Shown here in pieces: positions 26,141-36,022 of a stretch of 40,806 nt of DNA. The position numbers and the translations under genes are program-made. The notes under the pieces were generated by a model, which was given only the letters and a program-made list of their open reading frames with translations, was not told where the DNA came from and did not search any database. Origin of the DNA: Christensenella sp. UBA7102 (GTDB lineage Bacteria; Bacillota; Clostridia; Christensenellales; UBA1750); assembly GCA_002492415.1 (NCBI GenBank), contig DKYK01000046.1:22835-63640 (forward strand), written 5' to 3'. Numbering within the stretch: the stretch's first letter is position 1; every line of letters begins with the position of its first letter.

Positions 26141-29100
26141 GCAATTTCTTACGCAGCTGCTGCGCATGAGCCTATCGGGCGCTGTGGTGGCGCTGGTGGT
26201 GATCGCGGTGCGCGCGCTGCTGAAAAGGGCGCCGCGCGCGGTAGTCTGCGTGCTGTGGACGGTGGTGCTCTTCCGCCTGCTCTGCCCCTTTTCCGTAGAG
26301 AGCGCGGTCGGTCTGCTGCCCGCGCAGCCACGGGTGGCGCAGCGCAGCGACACGCTCGTGCAGACCGCCGTGACCGCGGAATCCGTCGTACCTGCGGCCA
26401 TGCAGGCGGCACCCTCCGTTGTAGTTCCCACCGCAGAAAATCCATCACAGGTTGCCCCACAGGGCAAAGCGCGCTCCTTTCCCTGGTGGACGGCGGCGCT
26501 TTGCGCATGGGCTGCGGGCGTTGCGGGAATGGGCCTGTACAGCGCGGTGTCGCTGCTGAGGCTCAAGGGTAGGCTGCGCGGCGCGATGGCATACGACAAG
26601 GGTGTATACGTCGTGCCCGGACTGTCCAATGCTTTCGTGCTGGGCGTGTTTCACCCGTCGATTTACCTGCCTGACGGCCTGGATGCGCGCGACCGCAGTT
26701 ACATTCTGATGCACGAACACACGCACATCCGGCGCGGCGACCACATTTGGAAGCTATTGATGCAGGCGGCGCTGTGCGTGCACTGGTTCAATCCGGCGGT
26801 ATGGCTGTGCAGCGCGCTGGCGAGCCGCGACCTTGAACTGGCGTGCGACGAGGCTGTGATCCGCAGGCTGGGCGCGGGCGTCAAGAAGCAGTATTCCGAG
26901 ACGCTGCTGCGCATGGCGGCGGGCCGCGCGTCGGGTGTGACCCTGGCCTTTGGGCAGGGGGACACCAAGGGACGCATCCGCCATGTACTGCGCTACAAAA
27001 GGCCCGCGCTCTGGCTCGTGGCGGCTGCCGTTGTGGCGGTGACGGGGCTTTGTATTGGCCTTGCGTGCAACCAGCCCGCGCAAAAGACGCTGCTGCGCGC
27101 AGGTGGCGCGCTCTACGAATGGGACGGCAAGGCCGTGGACGCTGTGCCCGCCGGGAGCGTACGGTTGGGCGCGGTGGAGAGCCTGCGCAGAGGGAAGGGC
27201 GCGCCCGAGCGTGACTTTGAGGCCGTCAACCTGGACGAGCAATGCGCGGACTGCGCGCTCTATGGCGACGGCGCGGATACGCTCTACCTGCAGCGTATCG
27301 ACGGTACGGCGCTCACGTTCCGCTGCACGCAGCCCGCACAGCCGTATGTGCCGGGACATGAGGAGGTTTCCGCGCTGACGGGCATTGCAGACGCACAGGT
27401 TGTCCAAACGATAGAGCTGCAGGGCGGCCGAGTGTTTGCAGGCTATTTGACGGGGGAGAATCTGGGCGCGTGCAGCATGCTGGTGCGCGACGGCCAGCCG
27501 CAGCTGGGCAGCCGGCTGCTCGTGAGCGGCCTGGCGCGGCAGCAAGGCGTGGCCGTGGGCAGTCTCACGCTCGCAGGGGTGCAGTATGACGCGCTGCTGC
27601 TCCACGATGAGCGGATCGCACACGTCGTGCGCACGCAGAGCGACGGAAGCGTCGACGTCATTGACGTGGGAAGCGGAGCGCTCAGTCTGTACGTGCTGGA
27701 TTCAGCTCCTGACGCGCGGTATGCCTATTACGATGCCAACGGGGATCAACTGTTTCCGTCGATATACGAACCCGTAATGGACGCCGACAGCGCGTTGCCC
27801 GCTTCCGGGGGCGCTGCGATGCAGGACGTCCATTTTACCGGAATCCAATGGATTGTGGACGGTCAAGTGCGCTATGAACGCGATCTTTCCGGCGTGGGCG
27901 ACGCGCTGACGACCTTTCTTACCCGTGTGTATGGCGATACGCTGGTGCGCAGCGCTGCCTGGCCCGTTTCACAGGAGATGTTGCCCGGCGAGTATGTGCG
28001 CGCGGCGATGGCGGACGGCGAGGAGTTGCTGTTCTATGAATTCCCTGAACTGGGCAGCGCGGTGGTGCAGCTGGATGACGCATGGTGGATGACACTGCCC
28101 GAAGCGGACTGGCAGATGCTGCGTCAGGTCGTTATGGGCGCGGAACGCCCCGAGGTGTGGAGCGCTGCGCGGTGCAGCGGCGAGGTGGAACTGTCGGCGG
28201 CGCTGTTGGAGCAGCCATTGCCGGCGCTTGCGGAAGAGGGATTGTGGGAAAAGGACGGCGCAGCTCCGCAGACGCAGCGCGCGGATATGGGCGAGAACTA
28301 CTTCGTCGTGACGCGCACAGCGCTGGACGGCAGCCAGCGACAGGCCGCGGTGTATGAGCGCGACGGCAAAATCATGTTCCAGCTGCTGACGGGCGAGGGA
28401 TGCGCAGAGCTGCCAGACGGGCAACAGACGTTGGAGCAACTGAACGCGCTGCTGCCCGAGGTTGCGGTGGTCAGGGCGGATCTGGATGGCGACGGGGCGC
28501 AGGATGCCGCCTGGTGGGAGGCGCGCAGAGCGGAACTCGGCGAGGTGACGCTGTACATCGCGCTGGGGAACGGCCGCGTGCTGACGCATCCGGTGCAGGC
28601 CGTATGGGGAGAGAGCGTGACGGCCGCAGACGTGACGGGCGACGGCGTTCCCGAACTGATCGCGATGGCGGACACGGGCGGCAACGGCGGCATGGGCTGC
28701 CACACCTTTGAGGTGCTGCGCGTGACGGACGGCGCGCTGGAATCGCTGCCCATCCCCTTCCAGACCGAGGACGGATTGGAGAACGGCGACTGGTTCAGCT
28801 CGGGCTTCCGGTTTGAGACGCAGTATGAGGAGGGCTTCAAGCTGCACGTGCGCAGCGAGCTGCTGGATCGGGTGATCGACTTTTCCGGGGACGCGGAGAT
28901 GATGCAGGACCGCATCGACGTGGGGCAATTTGATGAGACGGGCAAGCTGCTGCGCGCCGAAGAGTTTGCAAACGGCAGCTGCGACGGTATCAGCGCCTAT
29001 GAACTGCTGAATTACGACCGTTCGCCGGGGCTGGAGCTGCGCGTGTACCAGTATCTGTGGCAATGGGGCCATTCGGATGGCGTGGGCTTTGGCGTCACGG

Positions 29101-29672
29101 TGCTCAAGTGGGACGAAGAAAAGCAGGCGTTTTCCGCGATGGAACAGAGCTGGACGAAGGAAATCAACGCCTACATGCTGGAGGTCCCGGGCGCGCTGTG
29201 CGAAGGGCGTGCGATTGTGCTTCGGCTGTATGGGCAGGCGTTGGACTACGGCTACGGCATCTCCCGCGTCGATGTGATGGACGAGAACGGCACGTTGCTT
29301 CAAAACCTGTCCATTCCGAAGGCGATTGAGGAGGAATGGGACGGGGATACCTTTGAGGGACATACCGAGTCCGCACGGCAGGACGGCGGGCTGACCCTGC
29401 AGGACGTCAACTTCGACGGCCTATGCGACCTCGCGCTGGATGGGTGGCGGACCAACGGCGCCAATCAGCCGCGGTACTACTGGGTGTGGGACGACGATGA
29501 AAAGGCGTTCGTCTACGCCTTCAGTCTGTGCAACGCGCAGGTGGATGCGGAAGCCCGTCGCCTGCGCACGGTGACGCGCGAGGATGCCGGAACCTACCTT
29601 CAAACGGAGTACGAGTGGCGGAACGGGGCGCTGGTCGAGGTGGAACGACAAACATCCATGACGCCGCCGTAG
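26133..29672 (+). CDS. BlaR1-like M56 metallopeptidase signal transducer with a very large extracellular region
   Basis: N-terminal TMs, P.IYLP, HEHTH, HWFNP.VW, ELACDE and GRI..VL; about 850 aa after the last TM. Confidence 0.9.
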   Translation: MAEQFLTQLLRMSLSGAVVALVVIAVRALLKRAPRAVVCVLWTVVLFRLLCPFSVESAVGLLPAQPRVAQRSDTLVQTAVTAESVVPAAMQAAPSVVVPTAENPSQVAPQGKARSFPWWTAALCAWAAGVAGMGLYSAVSLLRLKGRLRGAMAYDKGVYVVPGLSNAFVLGVFHPSIYLPDGLDARDRSYILMHEHTHIRRGDHIWKLLMQAALCVHWFNPAVWLCSALASRDLELACDEAVIRRLGAGVKKQYSETLLRMAAGRASGVTLAFGQGDTKGRIRHVLRYKRPALWLVAAAVVAVTGLCIGLACNQPAQKTLLRAGGALYEWDGKAVDAVPAGSVRLGAVESLRRGKGAPERDFEAVNLDEQCADCALYGDGADTLYLQRIDGTALTFRCTQPAQPYVPGHEEVSALTGIADAQVVQTIELQGGRVFAGYLTGENLGACSMLVRDGQPQLGSRLLVSGLARQQGVAVGSLTLAGVQYDALLLHDERIAHVVRTQSDGSVDVIDVGSGALSLYVLDSAPDARYAYYDANGDQLFPSIYEPVMDADSALPASGGAAMQDVHFTGIQWIVDGQVRYERDLSGVGDALTTFLTRVYGDTLVRSAAWPVSQEMLPGEYVRAAMADGEELLFYEFPELGSAVVQLDDAWWMTLPEADWQMLRQVVMGAERPEVWSAARCSGEVELSAALLEQPLPALAEEGLWEKDGAAPQTQRADMGENYFVVTRTALDGSQRQAAVYERDGKIMFQLLTGEGCAELPDGQQTLEQLNALLPEVAVVRADLDGDGAQDAAWWEARRAELGEVTLYIALGNGRVLTHPVQAVWGESVTAADVTGDGVPELIAMADTGGNGGMGCHTFEVLRVTDGALESLPIPFQTEDGLENGDWFSSGFRFETQYEEGFKLHVRSELLDRVIDFSGDAEMMQDRIDVGQFDETGKLLRAEEFANGSCDGISAYELLNYDRSPGLELRVYQYLWQWGHSDGVGFGVTVLKWDEEKQAFSAMEQSWTKEINAYMLEVPGALCEGRAIVLRLYGQALDYGYGISRVDVMDENGTLLQNLSIPKAIEEEWDGDTFEGHTESARQDGGLTLQDVNFDGLCDLALDGWRTNGANQPRYYWVWDDDEKAFVYAFSLCNAQVDAEARRLRTVTREDAGTYLQTEYEWRNGALVEVERQTSMTPP

Positions 29673-29696
29673 GTCTGTGAAGCTGCAAAGCGATGA

Positions 29697-29725
29697 TTGA
29701 CCGCACAGGGCGGGCATGCTAAAAT
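29697..29725 (+). promoter_or_regulatory. promoter for GyrI-like gene
   Basis: TTGACC-17 bp-TAAAAT with extended TG. Confidence 0.65.
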
Positions 29726-29764
29726 AGGCGTGGAAGATCATCAAGCGTAAGGACGGAGAAAAGC

Positions 29765-30268
29765 ATGAGAAAGATTTCGCAAATCAAGTCATTTGAACAG
29801 GATTTTGAGCTCTTTGAGATGGACGCGGCGCGCATCATCGGCAAGGCGGTGCGCTCGGGCGGCAGGCAGGGCAGGCAGGCGGAGCTGCTGTGGCATGAGG
29901 TGCTGGACACGCCCGTGTACGACCAACTTGTGGCGCTGCCCGATGTGATTGCCGACAGCGTGGTGGGCGCGATGTGCGAGGAGCAGCCCGACGGCTCTGT
30001 GCTCTACTTGCTGGGCGCGCTGGCTCCCGCAGATTCCCCCGTGCCCGAGGGATTGGAGTACCGCGATCTGCCCGCCGGCATTGTGGCCAGGGGCGAGTTC
30101 GGCGACGAATTGACCGATACCATTCGTAAGGCGGAGGAACAGGGGTACACCGCTGACTGGCCGCCCTTTACCTGGGCCGCCGAGCTGTTTCTGCTGCCCG
30201 AGGACGAGCAGAGCGACGACACCAACGTCATGCCTCGCCATTGGCTTGTGCCCGTGAAAAAATCCTGA
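29765..30268 (+). CDS. GyrI-like small-molecule-binding protein
   Basis: RIIGK...LW, Y.LG....PVPEGLEYRDLPAG and C-terminal W.VPVK pattern. Confidence 0.6.
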   Translation: MRKISQIKSFEQDFELFEMDAARIIGKAVRSGGRQGRQAELLWHEVLDTPVYDQLVALPDVIADSVVGAMCEEQPDGSVLYLLGALAPADSPVPEGLEYRDLPAGIVARGEFGDELTDTIRKAEEQGYTADWPPFTWAAELFLLPEDEQSDDTNVMPRHWLVPVKKS

Positions 30269-30276
30269 AGAATTGC

Positions 30277-30326
30277 AAAAAACAGCGTCTGCAGACGTGA
30301 AAAGGCGTCTGCGGGCGCTGCTTTTT
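30277..30326. terminator. bidirectional terminator
   Basis: CAGCGTCTGCAGACG/CGTCTGCGGGCGCTG stem with A and T tracts. Confidence 0.75.
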
Positions 30327-30341
30327 ACATTGAAAAAGGAA

Positions 30342-32513
30342 TCAGAAGCGATGCGTGCCGCTGGTCAGCTCTACAACATGGTCGCCAAAGTCCACGCGGG
30401 CGGTGCAGCCCTCGGGCACGGTGAAGGTGTAGCGCACCTGGCTGCCCTCATAGTGCCAGTGCGAAACCACCACGCCGTGCGCAGTGCGGATGGAGGCGGT
30501 GACGTGGCCCAGGCGGGCGTCGGGCTGCGGCAGGAAGAGAATGCGGCGGAACCCGGGGTTCTCCGGGTCGGGGTTGATGCCCGCCGCGGTGTTGAACATC
30601 CAGGCGCCCACCGCGCCGTAGGCGTAGTGGTTGAAGCTGTTCATGTCCGCCGACCACATGCTGCCGTCGGGCTTGAGGCCGTCCCAGTGCTCCCACATGG
30701 TGGTCGCGCCGCGCGTGACGGGATAGAGCCAGGAGGGGAACTCGGTCTGCAGCAGCAGCGTGTAGGCGAGGTCCGTGCAGCCGTTCTCCGACAACGCGCG
30801 CAGCAGGTAGGGCGTGCCCACAAAGCCGGTCTGCAGCTTATCGCCGTTTTCGTGGATTTTCTCGGCAAGCCGGTCGACGTAGGGCTGCTTTTTGCCCACC
30901 AGGTCAAAGGCCAGCGCCAGCACATAGGCGGTCTGGGTGTCGCAGGTCAGCCTGCCCGGGGCGGCGATGTAGCGCCTGCGCCAGGCATCCAGAATGCGGG
31001 TGTACAGGTCGCGATAGGCGGCCATGTCCTTGCCCAGCGCATCGCCCATGCGAATCAGGTTGCGGGTGGAGTGCGCAAAGAAGGCGCTGGCGATGAGGCT
31101 TTCGTCGGTGCTGCCCTTGTAGCTGCCCTCAGGCGCGTCCAGGCCCAGCCAATCGCCGAAGTGCTCGCCGTCCAGCCACAGATATTCCTCGCTGCCCGCG
31201 CCGTGGATGTAGTCCACCCATTTCCTGGCGGCGTCGAACTGGTCGGTCAGAAACTGCCGGTCGCCATAGGTCAGGTACATCTCCCAGGGCACGATGGTGG
31301 CCACGTCGCCCCAGGCGGCGGAGCCCGCCGCATCGGGGCCGAGGATGTTGGGGATGACGTGCGGAATGCGGCCCTGCGCGTCCTGCGCTGCGTTCAGATC
31401 GTGCAGCCACTTGCGGAAGAATTTGTCCACCTTGAAGTTGTAGGACGCGGTGCGGGCAAAGACCTGCGCATCGCCCGTCCAGCCCAGGCGCTCATCGCGC
31501 TGCGGGCAGTCGGTGGGCACGTCCAGAAAGTTGCCGCGCTGGCCCCACAATATGTTCTGATACAGTTGGTTGACCAGCGGCACGCCGCAGTCAAAGTCGC
31601 CCGTGCGCTCAATGGCGGAGTGCACCGCCACGGCGGTAAAGTCCTCGGCGCTCATACCCTCGGGACACTTGTCCAGCCGGACATAACGGAAGCCCTGCCA
31701 GCAGAAGGTGGGCGCAAAGTCCATGGGCTCCGAGTCCGCCAGTATGTAGCGGATCTCATTCTTTGCCGAGCGCATGTTTTCGGTGTAAAAGTTGCCGTCC
31801 TTGTCCAGTACCTCGGCAAAGGACAGCTCGATCTCGTCGCCCTTCCGGCCGTGCGCATGCACGCGAACAAAGCCCGTCAGATTCTGACCAAAGTCCAGCA
31901 CGCGCTCGCCCGCAGGGGTGACGAGTTCCTGCACGGCGCCCAGCGTCGCCATTTCGCGCACCTCTTCGCCCTCCTGCGGGATGAGAATGGATTTGTCAAA
32001 GTCCACAACCTCGGCTGGACCCAGGCTCTCGGTTTCAGCGTTCATATCCACGGTTTCGCCATCGTAGATGGAGGAGCAGAGAATGGGAGTGGTCAACACC
32101 TGCCAGCGCGCGTCGGTGAGCACCGTCTGCGCGCGGCCGTCGTCAAACTCCACCTCCAGGGCGGCAATCAGCGCGGTACGGTTGCGCGCCTTCTGACCGT
32201 CCCAGCCCATGCGGCCGCCCCACCAGCCCTCGCCCACCATCACGGTCAGCAGGCTGTCCGGCGCGAGCAGGCCGGTCACATCGTAACTCTGGAACTGCAG
32301 GCGGCTGCCGTACTCCGTCCAGCCAGGGGCGAACAGGAACTTACCCACCCGCTTGCCGTCGATGGCGGCTTCGTAGAGGCCCAGCGCGCTGATGTGCAGC
32401 GTCGCCCGGGCAATGCCGCCCTTCAGATCCAGCGCGCGCACAAAGCAGGGTACCGTCTGCCCAATGGACTGGGGTGCGGAGATGAATTCGGCCTGTTGAA
32501 TCAAATGCGTCAT
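30342..32513 (-). CDS. alpha-L-rhamnosidase (GH78), cytoplasmic
   Basis: ALGLYE, PGWTEY, DFGQN, PTDCPQRDERLGWTGD, GATTMWEHW and SFNHYAYG; AAGGAGG RBS; no signal peptide. Confidence 0.93.
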   Translation of the reverse strand: MTHLIQQAEFISAPQSIGQTVPCFVRALDLKGGIARATLHISALGLYEAAIDGKRVGKFLFAPGWTEYGSRLQFQSYDVTGLLAPDSLLTVMVGEGWWGGRMGWDGQKARNRTALIAALEVEFDDGRAQTVLTDARWQVLTTPILCSSIYDGETVDMNAETESLGPAEVVDFDKSILIPQEGEEVREMATLGAVQELVTPAGERVLDFGQNLTGFVRVHAHGRKGDEIELSFAEVLDKDGNFYTENMRSAKNEIRYILADSEPMDFAPTFCWQGFRYVRLDKCPEGMSAEDFTAVAVHSAIERTGDFDCGVPLVNQLYQNILWGQRGNFLDVPTDCPQRDERLGWTGDAQVFARTASYNFKVDKFFRKWLHDLNAAQDAQGRIPHVIPNILGPDAAGSAAWGDVATIVPWEMYLTYGDRQFLTDQFDAARKWVDYIHGAGSEEYLWLDGEHFGDWLGLDAPEGSYKGSTDESLIASAFFAHSTRNLIRMGDALGKDMAAYRDLYTRILDAWRRRYIAAPGRLTCDTQTAYVLALAFDLVGKKQPYVDRLAEKIHENGDKLQTGFVGTPYLLRALSENGCTDLAYTLLLQTEFPSWLYPVTRGATTMWEHWDGLKPDGSMWSADMNSFNHYAYGAVGAWMFNTAAGINPDPENPGFRRILFLPQPDARLGHVTASIRTAHGVVVSHWHYEGSQVRYTFTVPEGCTARVDFGDHVVELTSGTHRF

Positions 32514-32544
32514 GGGAGAAGCCTCCTTGTATTTGAAAAATGGT

Positions 32545-32587
32545 ACAGCGCTGTCTCTATTATACCAGCGCGCAGGGCGGGGCACAA
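32545..32587 (-). promoter_or_regulatory. GH78 promoter with LacI-type palindrome
   Basis: TTGTGC-17 bp-TATAAT with extended TG; ACAGCGCTGT palindrome (32545-32554) at the transcription start. Confidence 0.6.
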
Positions 32588-32607
32588 GCGCAACGACTTG
32601 AAATGAC

Positions 32608-32655
32608 AAAACGTGAAAAGTTGCAATTTACGTTTTCATTACAATCTGATATAAT
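32608..32655 (+). promoter_or_regulatory. exporter operon promoter with an inverted repeat over -35
   Basis: TTTACG-17 bp-TATAAT with extended TG; AAAACGTGAA-N9-TTTACGTTTT. Confidence 0.6.
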
Positions 32656-32699
32656 CGAATAAAAGCGGCTTTACAGATAATGAGTCAGGATGTGATGAC

Positions 32700-33782
32700 A
32701 TGCGAAAACCGTTCCGACCGACCCTGGCGGGATTGCTGGCTGCGCTGGCGCTGGTTTTGTGCGGCTGCGCGCTGCTGCCCGAGGAGGAGACGCTGCCCGA
32801 CGCGCCCGTGCTGCGCGAGGACCCGGCGGCGGAGTTTGCCATGACCTATGTGCAGCGCGGCGACTTGTCGCGCACGCAGCGCTATTCCGTGACCTACCGC
32901 GCCGTGAGGCAGGAAAAGCTGTGCTTCGCGCAGGATGGGCTGCGCGTGGAGAATGTGTACGTGCAAAAGGGAGATAGCGTGCGCGCGGGACAGGTGCTGA
33001 TGGAGCTGGAGCAGGAACAGCTGCGCACCCGTCTGAGCGAGGCGCAGGACCGGTGTGACGCTGCGGCGCTCGCATGCAAACAGGCACGGGAAAACCGGGA
33101 GCTCGCCCGCGAACAGTACGAGCTGGCGCTTGCGGGCATGGAGGAAGAGGAGCGAGAGGATGCGCCCACCATGGAGGAGAACCTGCGCGACCGGGACCGC
33201 AGCATCCAGCGTCTGGAGGACGAGCAGGCGCTCGCAAGGCAGGAGCTGTCCGCGGTGAGGGAGGAACTGCAAAAGCGCCGGCTGTGCGCGGGCATCGACG
33301 GCGTGGCCACCTTTGTGCGCGCGGTGCAGCCCGATGAGCGCAGCTCGATCAGCCAGATCATGGTCATACTGTCCGACAGCGAATCGGCGCTGTTCGTGAT
33401 CTCCACGCAGGCGCCTGAATATTTCCCCGAGGGCCTTGCGGTGGAGGCGATCGTCAACCAGGCAGTCTACCCCTGTACGGTGATCTCCGCGCAGGAGGCG
33501 GGCGCGTCGGGCGAGGGCGAGGTCTATCTCCGGTGCAGCCTGCCCACTGCTGAGTTGTCCGACGGGGACAGCGGCTACCTCTACCTGGAATTGGAGCGCT
33601 GCGAGGATGTTCTCTACATCGAGCGAACTGCGGTCAAGAGCATGGATGGCAGGCAGTTTGTGTATGTGCAGGGCGAGGACGGCCTGCGCCGCATCCAGCA
33701 GGTGACGACGGGGCGCGAAATGAGCGGCTGTGTGGAGATCCTGAGCGGATTGGAAGAGGGAGACGCGGTGATATTGCGCTGA
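32700..33782 (+). CDS. membrane-fusion/periplasmic adaptor lipoprotein 1
   Basis: Lipobox LCGC; VQKGDSVRAGQVL lipoyl half-motif, coiled coil, and VEILSGLEEGDAVIL. Confidence 0.85.
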   Translation: MRKPFRPTLAGLLAALALVLCGCALLPEEETLPDAPVLREDPAAEFAMTYVQRGDLSRTQRYSVTYRAVRQEKLCFAQDGLRVENVYVQKGDSVRAGQVLMELEQEQLRTRLSEAQDRCDAAALACKQARENRELAREQYELALAGMEEEEREDAPTMEENLRDRDRSIQRLEDEQALARQELSAVREELQKRRLCAGIDGVATFVRAVQPDERSSISQIMVILSDSESALFVISTQAPEYFPEGLAVEAIVNQAVYPCTVISAQEAGASGEGEVYLRCSLPTAELSDGDSGYLYLELERCEDVLYIERTAVKSMDGRQFVYVQGEDGLRRIQQVTTGREMSGCVEILSGLEEGDAVILR

Positions 33783-33801
33783 AGGGGCGGAGGAGAGAAA
33801 A

Positions 33802-34896
33802 ATGAAGAATGGAAGATGCGCGCTGGGGCTGCTGATGGTCCTGACCGCGCTGCTTTGCGGATGCGAGCAAAGTACGCAGCCGGTTCCTGCGCTGCTGGAC
33901 CCGGTGGGTTCGCGGCAGGAGACCGTGCAGGTGCGGCGCGGCGAGATCTGTGAGCTGGCCGCCTACGACTTTGCCGTGACACCCGAAACGCAGGCGGTGC
34001 TCTATGCGATGGACGGGCAGGTGGAGCAGGTGTGCGTCGCGCTGGGCCAGCGCGTGCAGGAGGGCGACGTGTTGCTGCGCATGGATGTGGAGGAAGCGCA
34101 GAAGCAGTTGGATGCGCTGGAGCAGCAGAAGGCATACGATCGGCAGGACGGCGAACTGACACTGCAGATGCTCCGGATCGATGTGGACATCTGCAAGCAT
34201 GAGATGCTGGAAGAGAACCGCGATTACGCAGCCGGCGGGCTGAAAGAGCGGGAAAAACAGGAGGAACTCGAGCGGCTGGAGACGGCGCTGCGGCAGGAGC
34301 GAGAGCGGCAGGCGCTGCGGGCGGCGCAGCAGGAGCAGCAGCGTCAGGAGCTGTTGGCGCGCACGGAAAACGCGACGCTGTACGCGCCCTGTGACGGCAC
34401 GGTGCTCTATGTGGCGCACCCCACGGGCGGCAGCGCGCAGATGGGCAGTACGGCGCTGATACTGGCGCGCGACGACGCGCTGGTGCTGCAGGGCCAGTAT
34501 TTGCCCCAGGCGCTGGCGGAGAGCGCGGATGAGATCTGGGCCTTAGTAGGGGATTGTCGGGTGGCGGTAGAGTATTTGCCCATGGACGAGCAGGAGTATG
34601 TGTCGCTGCTGCTTTCCGGCGAGGAGATGACCTCGCGCTTTGCATTCTCGGGCGGCGTGCCCGAGGGGGTGACGGCGGGGGACTATGCCGCCGTCATCGT
34701 CAAGACGGCGCGGCGGGAAGATGTGCTCTATTTGCCGCAGGGCGCGCTGTGCCGGGATGCTGCGGGAGAGTATGTCTACATTCCCGGAGATAACGGCGGC
34801 AGGGTGCGGCAGGACGTGCAAAGCGGTGCGCGCACCACCGCTGCCGTTGAGATTGCGCAGGGCCTTAAGGAGGGGGATGTGGTGTATGTGCCGTAG
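33802..34896 (+). CDS. membrane-fusion/periplasmic adaptor lipoprotein 2
   Basis: Lipobox LCGC; GQRVQEGDVL, LYAPCDGTV and VEIAQGLKEGDVV. Confidence 0.85.
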   Translation: MKNGRCALGLLMVLTALLCGCEQSTQPVPALLDPVGSRQETVQVRRGEICELAAYDFAVTPETQAVLYAMDGQVEQVCVALGQRVQEGDVLLRMDVEEAQKQLDALEQQKAYDRQDGELTLQMLRIDVDICKHEMLEENRDYAAGGLKEREKQEELERLETALRQERERQALRAAQQEQQRQELLARTENATLYAPCDGTVLYVAHPTGGSAQMGSTALILARDDALVLQGQYLPQALAESADEIWALVGDCRVAVEYLPMDEQEYVSLLLSGEEMTSRFAFSGGVPEGVTAGDYAAVIVKTARREDVLYLPQGALCRDAAGEYVYIPGDNGGRVRQDVQSGARTTAAVEIAQGLKEGDVVYVP

Positions 34897-36007
34897 AAAA
34901 ATGCGGTTTGTCGCGCTGACGCTGGCGCTTGCGTGCCTTGCGGGCTGCGCCGCGCAGGTCCCCCAAGAGGCCAAGCTGCTCGCGGAAGGTCAGGAGGGGA
35001 CGCCCTCCAACGTGCGCACGGATTCGCTTACGACGGGCACGCTCTACAAGGAATTCTCCATGTCGGCGGAGGTTGCCTATGTGCGCAAGACGGTGGTGCG
35101 CCTGGATGTGGACGGAGCGCAATACGTTGAAACGCGCGTCAGTTCGGGACAGGCCGTGCAGGCGGGCGACGTGCTGGCCGTTTTCCGCGGGCAGGGCGAC
35201 GCGCTGCGGCTGACGGAGATTGCGCAGGAGCTTGATCGCCTGAAAACCGAGACGCAGGACGAGCTCTATGATTTGGAAAAGGAAAAAGAGCGGCTGCTTG
35301 AGCAGCGCGGGGAGGTCGAGGTTTCGCCTGACGGCTATTCCACCTATCGGGAGAAAGTGGCCCGCCAGGTGATCGACATGCGGCTGGAGCGCCTGGAACT
35401 GCAGCGGCAGCAGGCCGAGCTTCGGGCAGCCGAGCGCGAGCGCGCGCTCCGCGCCGAGCGCAGCGAGCTGCAGCGCACCGGGACGAGCATTGAGGTTGCC
35501 GCGCCGGTGGACGGCGTGGTGGGGCAGGTACAGTACCTGACGGTGGGCGCGCAGTACGCGCGCGGGCAAACGGTGGTCACGCTCTACGATCCCGACGCAT
35601 TCCTGCTCATGGTCGGCGAGGGGCTGACGGGCGCGCTGCGCATGGGCCAACGCGTGGAGGTGGAGTACGGCCGCTTCAACCAACGCGCGCGGCTGACGGG
35701 TACGGTGGTCGCGGCGGACTTGGCGCTGTCCGCGCGGTATCGCACGGGGCTTTCCGCGGTGCAGCTGGACGAACCCGTCAATCCGCAGCAGCTGCTGAAC
35801 GCCACCGTCTATTCGGCACAGCTTCAGCTGGACGACGTGCCCATCCTGCCGCGATCCGCTGTGCTCTACGACAACGGCACACCTTATGTAAACCTCGTGC
35901 AGGAGGGGGCGGTCGGCAAAAGAATCGTGCTCACCGGGCCCAACGACGGTTCATCTGTGATGATATTGGCGGGCCTTGACCCAGACGAGGCCGTCGCGGT
36001 CAAATAA
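34886..36007 (+). CDS. membrane-fusion/periplasmic adaptor lipoprotein 3 (start may be 34901)
   Basis: Lipobox LAGC; GQAVQAGDVL, APVDGVV and ILAGLDPDEAV. Confidence 0.82.
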   Translation: MCRRKMRFVALTLALACLAGCAAQVPQEAKLLAEGQEGTPSNVRTDSLTTGTLYKEFSMSAEVAYVRKTVVRLDVDGAQYVETRVSSGQAVQAGDVLAVFRGQGDALRLTEIAQELDRLKTETQDELYDLEKEKERLLEQRGEVEVSPDGYSTYREKVARQVIDMRLERLELQRQQAELRAAERERALRAERSELQRTGTSIEVAAPVDGVVGQVQYLTVGAQYARGQTVVTLYDPDAFLLMVGEGLTGALRMGQRVEVEYGRFNQRARLTGTVVAADLALSARYRTGLSAVQLDEPVNPQQLLNATVYSAQLQLDDVPILPRSAVLYDNGTPYVNLVQEGAVGKRIVLTGPNDGSSVMILAGLDPDEAVAVK

Positions 36008-36022
36008 AGGAGGGAAGGCGAA

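Noticed and set aside
30273-32606. Long antisense ORFs (777 aa here; also 5726-7360, 22990-24765, 27969-29363, 36698-38020)
   Set aside because: They shadow well-supported genes on the other strand, have no motifs, and are expected at high GC3.
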